A stretch of 32,000 nt of DNA from NCBI GenBank assembly GCA_000175855.1, contig ACYB01000016.1, positions 1 through 32,000 on the forward strand, given 5' to 3'. This document shows positions 8,328 to 17,890 of this stretch, one piece after another. Position 1 is the first letter of the stretch. The number at the start of each line of letters is the position of its first letter. A model generated the notes under the pieces. The model made no database searches and was not told the origin of the DNA. It saw only the letters and a program-made list of their open reading frames with translations. A program made the translations under genes and the position numbers. Source of the stretch: Raphidiopsis brookii D9 (lineage in GTDB: Bacteria > Cyanobacteriota > Cyanobacteriia > Cyanobacteriales > Nostocaceae).

Positions 8328-8610
8328 TTTCCACCTCTGGGGTTATATCTTCAATTGAGCAATGGGCAATTACATAACCTAGCATAGTATTCCAAATTGC
8401 CAAAGAAATAATTGCCAAAACTAGTAATGGCCATTTGCTGGGAATTATCAATAAAATGGCAAGTATGATCAGCATTGAACCCAAGGTATCAGCTACAGAA
8501 AGTCCATGCAATTTGAATAGTACCGATTTATCACTAATTAAATGGGAAGTTCCCCAAAACCAGAATAAAATCCCAATTGTCATTAAAACATAACTAATAA
8601 GATCCATCAT
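8320..8610 (-). CDS. mrpG: Mrp antiporter subunit G (MnhG)
   Basis: 96 aa with three hydrophobic helices. The pattern LMTIGILFWFWGTSHLI...FKLHGLSVADTLGSMLIILA parallels the MnhG signature (RLHA..K..TLG). Overlaps its neighbours. Confidence 0.75.
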   Translation of the reverse strand: MMDLISYVLMTIGILFWFWGTSHLISDKSVLFKLHGLSVADTLGSMLIILAILLIIPSKWPLLVLAIISLAIWNTMLGYVIAHCSIEDITPEVENE

Positions 8611-8857
8611 TTAACCTCCTTATAACATGTGCTAGTAACATAAATCCAGCATTTCCCAAGCTCAAAATAATTGCTCCTACTACTCCAATCATCCAATCAT
8701 CTCGCACAACAGAAATGACTAAAATTATGATTGATACTTTACTAGAAATACTCCCTAGGGACAACATTAATTGCCAAGTATTATCTGTTTTCCATGCCTC
8801 GTAAATGGGAATTAACAAACCGGCAATCATTGCTACTAAAACAATTTGTAAATACAT
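8594..8857 (-). CDS. mrpF: Mrp antiporter subunit F (MnhF)
   Basis: 87 aa with three helices. Position between the D/E and G subunits, and similarity of the central and C-terminal helices to MnhF-type proteins. Confidence 0.65.
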   Translation of the reverse strand: MYLQIVLVAMIAGLLIPIYEAWKTDNTWQLMLSLGSISSKVSIIILVISVVRDDWMIGVVGAIILSLGNAGFMLLAHVIRRLNDGSY

Positions 8858-8859
8858 AG

Positions 8860-10707
8860 TTATTCTTTACCTCCAGGTTTAATTTGATGAACTTCATAAA
8901 ATCCCTGTTCATTATGATTAAAAACAATGGTTTTAGGTGTGAATGTAATCAGAAATATATCCATGAATATCAGTAAATATGAATGTTTATGTTTCACATT
9001 TTCTCTGATAATTTCTTCTCGATGATGGGGAAATAAGATGATCTCAAACGCCTCTTTGAAAGCTACAACAATGGCAACTAGTACCTGACCAAATACTCTT
9101 AACCATTCTGTAAATTTTGCTCTAGAACTGTAACCTCTAGGTAGTAAAAATGCAATAGCTACGCCAATTATAATATTAACGGTGCTAAAATCAGATGTCA
9201 GCAAGAACCAAATTGTCAGTCTTAATATCAAGTGTCCAATCATGATAATGCCATCCAAAATAACAAAATTAAAAGTTAAGCTCATCACACCTACTAAATG
9301 TTCAAACTTCTCCACTAAGCGCGGTATATATAGGGATATTTTGGGTAGCAATGGTGCCAGTTTTTGGAATACTACATAATATGCTAACCAACCAATAGCA
9401 ATGGTGATAATTGCCTTAATTATATCATCAGTATTATAAGCTGATAGATAACCAATATTGGCAATAAATAGACTAGTAATTAACACTATTATCGCTATCC
9501 AAAGCTCTGGTTTTACAGCTGGTTTATCATCCTGGACATCATCCCATTTATGGGGAAGAAAAATAAACCTAGCATAGTAAATTACTGTACCCACCGCTGC
9601 TAAGTTCATGGCAATAAACTGCCAAGATGTGATGTTTTTCAGAGTCAAAACCTTGGCGGAAAATCCTGCCAACAGAGGAAATCCACAAATTGATAAACTA
9701 GCGATAACTAGGGGTATCCAAATCCCTGTACTAATCCTTTGAGATTTCAACTCTTTAAAATTACGTGTTGGTAAAGATCCCACAATTAAAAATAAGGATG
9801 ACTTAACTAATCCATGGGTTAGTGCATAAAATCCTCCTACCGCAGGTGCTGCTAATATAAACCCTAATTGAGATATGGTACTAAAGGCTAACATCCGTTT
9901 GGTATCTTTTTCTAAAACTGCATAGCATACACCCATTAAAGCCGTCCCTACCCCGAAAATCACGACAATCTGATGAATGTTTTCGCTGATCTCGGCACAA
10001 CGTAATAGGGGTAAAACACTGGCTTTAACTACTATACCAGAAAGTAGTGCTGAAACTGGCGTTTCTGATTCTGAGTGAGTCAGAGGTAACCATAACCCAG
10101 AAACAAAAATCCCTGCTTTTACTAACAGTCCTAAAAAAATTAATGCTATGGCTTCTGGTGGTGCATCTTTTAATCCTACAAAACTAAAGGATAGAGTTTT
10201 TTCATAAATTAGTACCGCACCTACTAGATAAAACAGCATGGAAATATTGCTGACAAATAGATAACGCAACCCTACCCAAATTGCGCGATCGCTCCTACTA
10301 TATGCTATCAATAGAAATGCGGCTATTCCACTTACTTCTAATGCCACATATAAACTGATAAAATCTGCACAGATGAAGGCAGCGTTTAAACTGCCATGAA
10401 CCAATAGAGTTTGGGCATAGAAAAAGGCATTTTTATTACTTCTCCAGCAGTATAAAACTACAGCAATTGTCACTAAAGCATTGGTTAAAATGAAATAACC
10501 ACTTAGCTGGTCAGCTACTAAGGTGACACCAAAACTATCTAGTAAATTAAGTTGAATTTCTGGCTGTTTGATTAATAATTCGATCCCATAAGCAGCACTT
10601 ACTAATGTTCCCAACAATGCTAAATGTCTATTCAGTTGTGGAACCAAAAAAACCATAAATCCCAGAAAAAATGGGATACCTACCCAAACTGTTGTTATAG
10701 TATTCAT
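8860..10707 (-). CDS. mrpD: Mrp antiporter subunit D (NuoL/M/N-type proton-conducting subunit) fused in frame to a subunit E (MnhE) module
   Basis: The N-terminal approx 470 aa are a multi-helix NuoN/MrpD-like protein (SGIVVKASVLPLLR, TKRMLAFSTISQLGFIL, HGLVKSSLFL). The last approx 127-141 aa (from the ATG at 9243 or 9285) carry MnhE-like features: LRLTIWFLLTSDFSTVNIIIGVAIAFLL, AFKEAFEIIL, ITFTPKTIV, YEVHQI. No stop codon separates the two parts. Confidence 0.8.
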   Translation of the reverse strand: MNTITTVWVGIPFFLGFMVFLVPQLNRHLALLGTLVSAAYGIELLIKQPEIQLNLLDSFGVTLVADQLSGYFILTNALVTIAVVLYCWRSNKNAFFYAQTLLVHGSLNAAFICADFISLYVALEVSGIAAFLLIAYSRSDRAIWVGLRYLFVSNISMLFYLVGAVLIYEKTLSFSFVGLKDAPPEAIALIFLGLLVKAGIFVSGLWLPLTHSESETPVSALLSGIVVKASVLPLLRCAEISENIHQIVVIFGVGTALMGVCYAVLEKDTKRMLAFSTISQLGFILAAPAVGGFYALTHGLVKSSLFLIVGSLPTRNFKELKSQRISTGIWIPLVIASLSICGFPLLAGFSAKVLTLKNITSWQFIAMNLAAVGTVIYYARFIFLPHKWDDVQDDKPAVKPELWIAIIVLITSLFIANIGYLSAYNTDDIIKAIITIAIGWLAYYVVFQKLAPLLPKISLYIPRLVEKFEHLVGVMSLTFNFVILDGIIMIGHLILRLTIWFLLTSDFSTVNIIIGVAIAFLLPRGYSSRAKFTEWLRVFGQVLVAIVVAFKEAFEIILFPHHREEIIRENVKHKHSYLLIFMDIFLITFTPKTIVFNHNEQGFYEVHQIKPGGKE

Positions 10708-10727
10708 CTTTTTAATCCACGTTAAAT

Positions 10728-11078
10728 TTATGGGACATTATTCTTCTCAATTTCATCAATTTCTAAGGTGGGATTATCTCCAGCTAGTTTCATTACTCCC
10801 ACTAGCATCAAAGCTTGAATTGAAAAGCCAATAACTATTGCTGTTAAAATAACTGCTTGGGGAACAGGATCAGCATAGTTACCTTTTTTTACTTCCCCAA
10901 GAATGGGAGTAAATAAACCTGCTTTGGATGCAATAAAGACATAAAAAGCTATTACCCCGGTACTCATCACGTCCATGGAAATTATCTTCATCACTAGATT
11001 TTTTTTCAAAATTATCCCAAAAAATCCCAACAATACTGTTAGCAACACACATGCTTCCATTATCATAAATTTATACAC
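10728..11078 (-). CDS. mrpC: Mrp antiporter subunit C (MnhC, NuoK-like)
   Basis: 116 aa. DPVPQAVILTAIVIGFSIQALML is the MnhC/NuoK signature. First gene of the operon, with GGAGG 11 nt upstream of the ATG. Confidence 0.85.
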   Translation of the reverse strand: MYKFMIMEACVLLTVLLGFFGIILKKNLVMKIISMDVMSTGVIAFYVFIASKAGLFTPILGEVKKGNYADPVPQAVILTAIVIGFSIQALMLVGVMKLAGDNPTLEIDEIEKNNVP

Positions 11079-11087
11079 CTCCCAATC

Positions 11088-11125
11088 AAGAAACGTTAAG
11101 AAACATTAAAAAGTACTTAAGAAAC
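11088..11125 (-). promoter_or_regulatory. Three phased direct repeats (plus strand AAGAAAC; minus strand GTTTCTT) just upstream of mrpC
   Basis: AAGAAAC occurs at 11088-11094, 11098-11104 and 11119-11125, with spacings of 10 and 21 bp. The second and third copies extend to TTAAGAAAC. The repeats lie 10-47 nt upstream of the mrpC start codon. Confidence 0.25.
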
Positions 11126-11179
11126 GCATATTCCGAAGTGTTCCACGAAAAATAGTTTCAGTTATCCAGGTCGGAAAAT

Positions 11180-11208
11180 TTGTACTTGGAATTTTAAAGT
11201 GTTATAAT
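11180..11208 (+). promoter_or_regulatory. Sigma70-type promoter candidate for the ATPase-like gene
   Basis: TTGTAC (11180-11185), 17-nt spacer, TATAAT (11203-11208) preceded by TGT. It lies approx 75 nt upstream of the ATG at 11285. Confidence 0.4.
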
Positions 11209-11284
11209 ACTAATAGCACCATTTTTTAGTGCTGTCTAGTTGGTCAAGTTCAATAATAATTATGGTAATGATAGTAAATAAGTT

Positions 11285-12403
11285 ATGTTTTTAATGTCAA
11301 CAGCTACGGAGGAGAAATCTGTAAACTTTGATTTATCCACTACCTTACAGTTAATTGGTCGTTCTCACGAGTTTGAGCGTATTACTAACATACTTTTACA
11401 TGATAGGGATCTATTAATTACGGGAGTACCTGGTAGTGGTAGAAGAACACTGGTTAAGATTGCAGCTCAGGAGGTAGGTGCCCTAGTATTAGAAATAGAC
11501 TGTATTCGTGCGATCGACGGAGAGAGACTAGTACAATTGTTTACAGAAACAATTAATCATAATTGGGAGGCACACAAAATTGAGATATGGGTCGAGCAAA
11601 ATGGTAGAGAATTGTTTATTTTTAATGCAGAAACTAGGCTCAAATTATCTCATGGTCTCAATGATAAAAAACTGTGGCAGGCATTTGTTATGTTATTAGA
11701 TTTGCTGCAAAATATAGCCAACGATTTAAATCGAAGAGTAGTATTAATTTTGCAGAGTTTTCCCCATATTCGCTCTTGGGATCGCCATAATGTATGGGAA
11801 TCTACCTTGAGACAAGAAATTAATAGTCATCCAGATGTGAGTTATGTTATATTAGCGACAATTGCCGAAACAAGCCATCATCAAGATGACCAGAAGTATG
11901 AAATGGAAAAAATTGAATTAGCTCCTTTAGAAAGGGATATTATGGCAGTTTGGGCTCGGGAAGTTTTGGAAAAACAAAATCTTAAATTTGATCGCCATTC
12001 TCAAGCACTAACCATCTTTTTAGATGCAGTTCAGGGGAGTATTGGTGATGCGATGGCATTAATTCGTAGACTTTCCAGTTTACAACATGAACAAGGATTA
12101 ATTAAAGAAGAAAAGGTCAGACAAGTAATAGAAGCAATCCTGAGAGATTTATCCATAACTTATGAATCTTTATTGATGTTACTACCCGGTAATCAGATTC
12201 ACCTTTTAGAATGTTTAGCCATAGATCCCACAGATAAACCTCAAAGTAAAGAATATATTCAAAAACATGGACTTTCTCGAGGTGGAACTTTGCAAGGTTC
12301 CCTGACGGGACTACAGACCAAGGGTTTAATTTATAGTGCCCAACAGGGTTATAAATTAGCACTACCTCTATTAGCCCTATGGTTAAAACAAAGACTAAAT
12401 TAA
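11285..12403 (+). CDS. P-loop ATPase-like protein (archaeal-ATPase/AAA-like N-terminus, helical/winged-helix-like C-terminus) with degenerate Walker motifs
   Basis: LLITGVPGSGRRTLV sits at the Walker A position (nt 11423-11449), and VVLILQSF at the Walker B position (nt 11738-11761). Overall length and the C-terminal ...GLIYSAQQGYKLALPLLALWLKQRL resemble ATPase+wHTH proteins. Confidence 0.55.
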   Translation: MFLMSTATEEKSVNFDLSTTLQLIGRSHEFERITNILLHDRDLLITGVPGSGRRTLVKIAAQEVGALVLEIDCIRAIDGERLVQLFTETINHNWEAHKIEIWVEQNGRELFIFNAETRLKLSHGLNDKKLWQAFVMLLDLLQNIANDLNRRVVLILQSFPHIRSWDRHNVWESTLRQEINSHPDVSYVILATIAETSHHQDDQKYEMEKIELAPLERDIMAVWAREVLEKQNLKFDRHSQALTIFLDAVQGSIGDAMALIRRLSSLQHEQGLIKEEKVRQVIEAILRDLSITYESLLMLLPGNQIHLLECLAIDPTDKPQSKEYIQKHGLSRGGTLQGSLTGLQTKGLIYSAQQGYKLALPLLALWLKQRLN

Positions 12404-12421
12404 GCAGCTACCTGGTGACGA

Positions 12422-12484
12422 GCCAAAACGCTGTATACAGGCTTGATGGGTAAAGTACTGAATAGGCGTTCTGGCTAAAGCTAT
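12422..12484. repeat. Palindromic short dispersed repeat, copy 1 (between the convergent ATPase-like gene and ilvC)
   Basis: GCCAAAACGC (12422-12431) pairs with GCGTTCTGGC within GGCGTTCTGGCTAAAGCTAT (12465-12484). That 20-mer recurs with 19/20 identity at 15654-15673. Confidence 0.6.
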
Positions 12485-12494
12485 TAATTAATAA

Positions 12495-13508
<1,014 letters not shown>

Positions 13509-13728
13509 TCAAAGTGGTAAATAAATTGTCAGTTCATCATCATACCTCAATTTGCCTACCAGCTAGCGATACTTTTTTACTAACTAACTTTAACAAATAC
13601 ACAAGTTAAAGGTAAACCTTTATACTTATTAATTGAATTTGATAACAAGTTGGTTGTGATGATCCAGTGGATGTGGAGCTATTTTACCCGTAATCGCAGA
13701 GCTAGACTAATCACCGGTAAGGAAATTA

Positions 13729-14355
13729 TTAACATACAACTCCTTTGATAACTTGCAAGCTACCTCCAGCATATAATACTGGTCGGCCCACATCAAAACC
13801 ATTTTCCTTTAGTAACCCGACTACATCTGTTTTAATCCACTCCCAAGCTGTTGAGGTCTCAAATAACCATAAGAACAATGACAAACCTGGCCAAAATAGG
13901 GGATTAGTGGGAGGATGAAAGTCTACTAGGGTGAAAGTTCCTCCCGGTTTTAATACCCTATTTACCTCTTGGATAATTTTCCTCCGTTGCTCAAATTCCA
14001 TCTCGTGTAAAGCAGCACTGGTGTGCACTACATCAAAAGCATTATCCTCAAAGGGCATATCTTCTGCCCATGCCTCTATATATGTAGCATCTGGCACGTT
14101 ATTTTTCGCTCTTTGTAAGGACGTGGGGGAAGCGTCTAATCCGGTAACATGGTGTGACAACTTGACTAAAAATGCAGTAGCCTGACCACTGCCACAACAT
14201 AGATCTAAAATCCGAGTGTCAGGGTTTATTGTTAAACCTTGAAGGGCCAGTTGACGAAAACGCTGCTCCCCACCTACAGTTAATGCAGCTACACTAGATA
14301 TGCCATCATATAGCCACTGGTAACGATAACTTAAATCCCTAAAAATTGTCGCCAT
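13729..14355 (-). CDS. Class I SAM-dependent methyltransferase
   Basis: Motif I ILDLCCGSGQAT, post-I GLDAS, and VLKPGGTFTLVD. The substrate cannot be inferred. Confidence 0.8.
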   Translation of the reverse strand: MATIFRDLSYRYQWLYDGISSVAALTVGGEQRFRQLALQGLTINPDTRILDLCCGSGQATAFLVKLSHHVTGLDASPTSLQRAKNNVPDATYIEAWAEDMPFEDNAFDVVHTSAALHEMEFEQRRKIIQEVNRVLKPGGTFTLVDFHPPTNPLFWPGLSLFLWLFETSTAWEWIKTDVVGLLKENGFDVGRPVLYAGGSLQVIKGVVC

Positions 14356-14430
14356 TGAAATCTTTCCTGAGCGTTAAGCTTTATATTTATTAATAATAAA
14401 AAAAGTAAGGATTGGGGGCAAGTAACTGCT

Positions 14431-15594
14431 ATGAGTCGTGTAGGCGTATTATTACTCAATCTTGGTGGACCTGACAAACTGGAAGATGTTGGGCCATTCT
14501 TGTATAACCTATTTTCAGATCCCGAAATTATTCGCCTACCATTTCGTTGGATGCAAAAGCCGTTGGCATGGTTTATTGCCACGAGACGCACAAAAACTTC
14601 TCAGGCTAACTATCGGCAAATTGGTGGCGGTTCACCACTTAGACGCATTACTGAAGAACAGGGAGAGGCTTTAAAATTTCAACTCCATAGTATGGGTAAA
14701 TCAGCTACAGTCTATACGGGGATGCGTTATTGGCATCCCTATACAGAAGAGGCGATCGCCCAGGTAAGGGAGGATAAAATTGAAAAGCTGGTAATTTTGC
14801 CATTATATCCCCAATTTTCCATTAGTACCAGTGGTTCTAGTTTCCGACTATTGGAAAAACTCTGGCAAGAAAATCCCCAACTTCAGCCACCAGAATATAC
14901 GGTTATTGCTTCATGGTACAAGCAACCAGGCTATTTAAATGCTATGGTGGAGCTAATTAATGACCAGCTACATCAATTTCCCCATCCTGAGAAAGTGCAT
15001 ATCTTTTTTAGTGCCCATGGCGTGCCCAAAAGTTATGTTGTGGAAGCTGGTGACCCCTATCAGCAAGAAATTGAAGAGTGTACAGATTTAATTATGCGAA
15101 ATCTTAACAGTACAAACAGCTATACTTTGGCTTATCAAAGTCGTGTTGGTCCTGTGGAGTGGTTGCAGCCATATACGGAAGATGCGCTCAGGGAGTTGGG
15201 AGCTAAAGGGGTGAGAGATTTGGTGGTTGTGCCGATTAGTTTTGTGTCTGAACACATAGAAACCCTCCAGGAGGTAGATATTGAGTATCGGGAAATAGCT
15301 CATGAAGCAGGTATTGAGAATTTTAGACGTGCAGCTGCACCTAATACTCATCCACTGTTTATTGAAGCCTTGGCCCAATTGGTAGTTGATGCTTTGGAAA
15401 AACCCAGTCTAAAATTATCTCAAGTCACCCAAATGAGGAAAAAGGTAAAAATGTATCCTCAAGAGCGTTGGGAATGGGGATTGACAACCAGTGCTGAGGT
15501 ATGGAATGGTAGAATTGCCATGTTAGGTTTTATAGCTCTGATTATTGAAATAATTACCGGTAGGGGTTTACTTCACGCCATAGGACTATTGTAG
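14431..15594 (+). CDS. hemH: Ferrochelatase with C-terminal CAB (chlorophyll a/b-binding-like) helix
   Basis: [31 protein letters not shown] and [11 protein letters not shown]. The C-terminal [22 protein letters not shown] is the LHC/CAB motif known in cyanobacterial and plastid ferrochelatases. Confidence 0.95.
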   Translation: MSRVGVLLLNLGGPDKLEDVGPFLYNLFSDPEIIRLPFRWMQKPLAWFIATRRTKTSQANYRQIGGGSPLRRITEEQGEALKFQLHSMGKSATVYTGMRYWHPYTEEAIAQVREDKIEKLVILPLYPQFSISTSGSSFRLLEKLWQENPQLQPPEYTVIASWYKQPGYLNAMVELINDQLHQFPHPEKVHIFFSAHGVPKSYVVEAGDPYQQEIEECTDLIMRNLNSTNSYTLAYQSRVGPVEWLQPYTEDALRELGAKGVRDLVVVPISFVSEHIETLQEVDIEYREIAHEAGIENFRRAAAPNTHPLFIEALAQLVVDALEKPSLKLSQVTQMRKKVKMYPQERWEWGLTTSAEVWNGRIAMLGFIALIIEIITGRGLLHAIGLL

Positions 15595-15653
15595 GCGGTG
15601 GGAGCAAGCCCTACCTAACTCTTGTTTTTACTCATCAACCCTTCCTAAGCCAA

Positions 15654-15705
15654 GGTGTTCTGGCTAAAGCTATAAGCCTAACCACCCTAACTGGGCCAGA
15701 ACGCC
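15654..15705. repeat. Palindromic short dispersed repeat, copy 2 (between convergent hemH and purB); possible bidirectional terminator hairpin
   Basis: GGTGTTCTGGC (15654-15664) pairs with GCCAGAACGCC (15695-15705): 11 bp including one G-U, with a 30-nt loop. Shares GG[T/C]GTTCTGGCTAAAGCTAT with 12465-12484. Confidence 0.6.
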
Positions 15706-15741
15706 TACCCAACTCCTACATGTTAACTTATTAACATATAG

Positions 15742-17037
15742 CTAGATACCTAATCGCTCATACACTTGGTCTAAGTACTTTAAGTGCTGCTTTGCGTCAA
15801 AGCATAGGTCTATTTCCGAGTCAGATAATTTGTCTCGGACACGCAAATCTTGGGTAATGAGGTGACGGAAGTTACCTTCTGGGTTGTTCCACGCTATGTG
15901 GGCATTTTGTTGGACTATGGCATAGGCTTCTTCTCGCCTAGTTCCTTTATCTATTAAGGCCAGTAAAACTTTTTGACTAAACACTACTCCACCATAGCAG
16001 TTAAGGTTTCTCGCCATGTTTTGTGGATAGACCAAAAGATTAGTGATTAAATCAGTGATTTCATGGAGCATAAAGTCAGTTAATATACAAGAGTCAGGAA
16101 GCATCACCCGCTCCACAGAACTGTGAGAAATGTCTCTTTCATGCCATAGGGCTACGTTTTCTAATGCTGCACCTGCATGACTTCTGACTAGTCTAGCCAT
16201 ACCAGTTAGTCTTTCGGAACGAATGGGATTGCGTTTGTGTGGCATGGCACTGGAGCCTTTTTGTCCCTTAGAGAAGTATTCTTCTACCTCCAAAACATCA
16301 GTTTTTTGTAAATTGCGAATTTCTACGGCAAAGCGCTCTATAGAAGCTGCTAAAAGGGCTAATTGTTGTACAAATTCAGCATGACGATCGCGAGAAATCA
16401 CTTGGGTGGAAGCAGTATCAGGTTTGAGTCCCAGTTTTCCACAGGCGATCGCCTCTACACGTGGTTCTATGTTAGCATAAGTTCCCACCGCTCCCGATAT
16501 TTTACCTACCGCAACATTATTCTTGAGTAATTGTAACCGTTCCTGGTGTCGGAGAACCTCAGCTAACCAACCAGCTAATTTAAATCCAAAGGTAATTGGT
16601 TCAGCGTGAATCCCATGCGATCGCCCAATCATTACAGTATAGCGATGTTCATGAGCTTTAATGCGAATTGCCTGGATGAGATTTTCCACCTTTTGACATA
16701 ACAGATCCAAACTAGCGACTAACTGTAGTGCCAATGCTGTATCCAAAACATCGGAGCTAGTTAAGCCCAGATGAATATAACGCCCTGCATCACCCACGTA
16801 TTCATTTACATTTGTGAGAAAAGCAATCATGTCATGACGAACTTCTGCTTCAATTTCTAATACTCGCTTAGGCTCGAACTTGGCTTTAGCCTTTATTTCA
16901 TCCACTGCTGCTAGGGGAATATAACCCAGTTCGCCCTGAGCTTCACACACAGCAATTTCCACTTGTAGCCAGGTTTGTAACTTATAGGATTCACTCCACA
17001 GATTGCCCATTTCAGGCAAGGTATAACGCTCAATCAC
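15742..17037 (-). CDS. purB: Adenylosuccinate lyase
   Basis: MIERYTLPEMGNLWSE..., GLTSSDVLDT and the signature GSSAMPHKRNP. 431 aa. Confidence 0.95.
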   Translation of the reverse strand: MIERYTLPEMGNLWSESYKLQTWLQVEIAVCEAQGELGYIPLAAVDEIKAKAKFEPKRVLEIEAEVRHDMIAFLTNVNEYVGDAGRYIHLGLTSSDVLDTALALQLVASLDLLCQKVENLIQAIRIKAHEHRYTVMIGRSHGIHAEPITFGFKLAGWLAEVLRHQERLQLLKNNVAVGKISGAVGTYANIEPRVEAIACGKLGLKPDTASTQVISRDRHAEFVQQLALLAASIERFAVEIRNLQKTDVLEVEEYFSKGQKGSSAMPHKRNPIRSERLTGMARLVRSHAGAALENVALWHERDISHSSVERVMLPDSCILTDFMLHEITDLITNLLVYPQNMARNLNCYGGVVFSQKVLLALIDKGTRREEAYAIVQQNAHIAWNNPEGNFRHLITQDLRVRDKLSDSEIDLCFDAKQHLKYLDQVYERLGI

Positions 17038-17309
17038 ATTCAGACATATAATACAACTGTCATATTTTACCTCTAATTAGCCGAAATTTAGTTAGAGTTG
17101 TTTCCCCTTTTTAAAAACTTGCATAGAATTGTTTATTTATGAATTCTAAATTTAAGGTTTCATGACATAAAAATCCTTTATTAATTAAGCTACCCATAAA
17201 CCCTGGGCAAATCTAATTGATGAAGTCATTAACATAATCATAAACCAAAATATGATAAAGTAGTTTAGTTTGACATAGGGAAAATAGGTATTACTCGCTT
17301 TTAAATACT

Positions 17310-17858
17310 TCATATCGGTGCAATTAAGGTAAACTCTTGATATTCCCCTAGGAGTTTACTATTTTTTAAATTGATTTTAACCAACTGCTTATTGTTAATT
17401 AACAAATAAGATTGATGGTAAAACCTACTTGATAAATCTGTGAGCGATGTGGGAATAATCTGACAGTCACTATAAAAATCTAGACTGGGACGAGCATCAG
17501 GAAAAGAAGTATATATTTTTGTCCCTGGGGGAACATGTTGGCGTATTAAAGCTGCTACTGGTTGCACAGGGAATTTTTCGTTCAACTCCCACACCCAAGA
17601 CTTTGAAATCATGAGGAAGAATAAAACTAAATACATTCCCCCAAATAGAATGGGGATAAATTGACGATTGTGCTGAGAAATCAACTGTGATGTTATCAGC
17701 ATAGAAATCATCAGGACAACACTCATAATAATCAACCAAGGCTGTTGATCGAATAAACTAAAATAAATGCAACCTCCCAAACCAACAAGTGATAAAAAGA
17801 TAAAGAATGTTCTAAAAAATTTACTTTTAACCTGATTTTCTTCCCAAATAGAACTCAA
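17310..17858 (-). pseudogene. C-terminal fragment of an ArnT/PMT-like membrane glycosyltransferase (N-terminal approx two thirds missing)
   Basis: There is only a TTG start and no ATG. Three helices are followed by a periplasmic-type tail (VQPVAALIRQHVPPGTKIYTSFPDARPSLDFYSDCQIIP), which resembles the C-terminus of approx 500-aa GT39/GT83-type enzymes. The fragment abuts the truncated GT2 gene. Confidence 0.5.
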
Positions 17859-17890
17859 ATTATTATAACGAAGAGGAAAATATTCAGGAA

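Noticed and set aside
13684-13718. Possible terminator hairpin downstream of the methyltransferase (TTACCCGTAAT ... ATCACCGGTAA)
   Set aside because: Only 9 of 11 positions pair, with two internal mismatches, and there is no U-tract. The evidence is too weak to call.
15463-15594. Chlorophyll-binding-like (CAB/LHC) helix at the C-terminus of ferrochelatase
   Set aside because: It is genuine, but it is an established feature of cyanobacterial and plastid HemH and not a new fusion.
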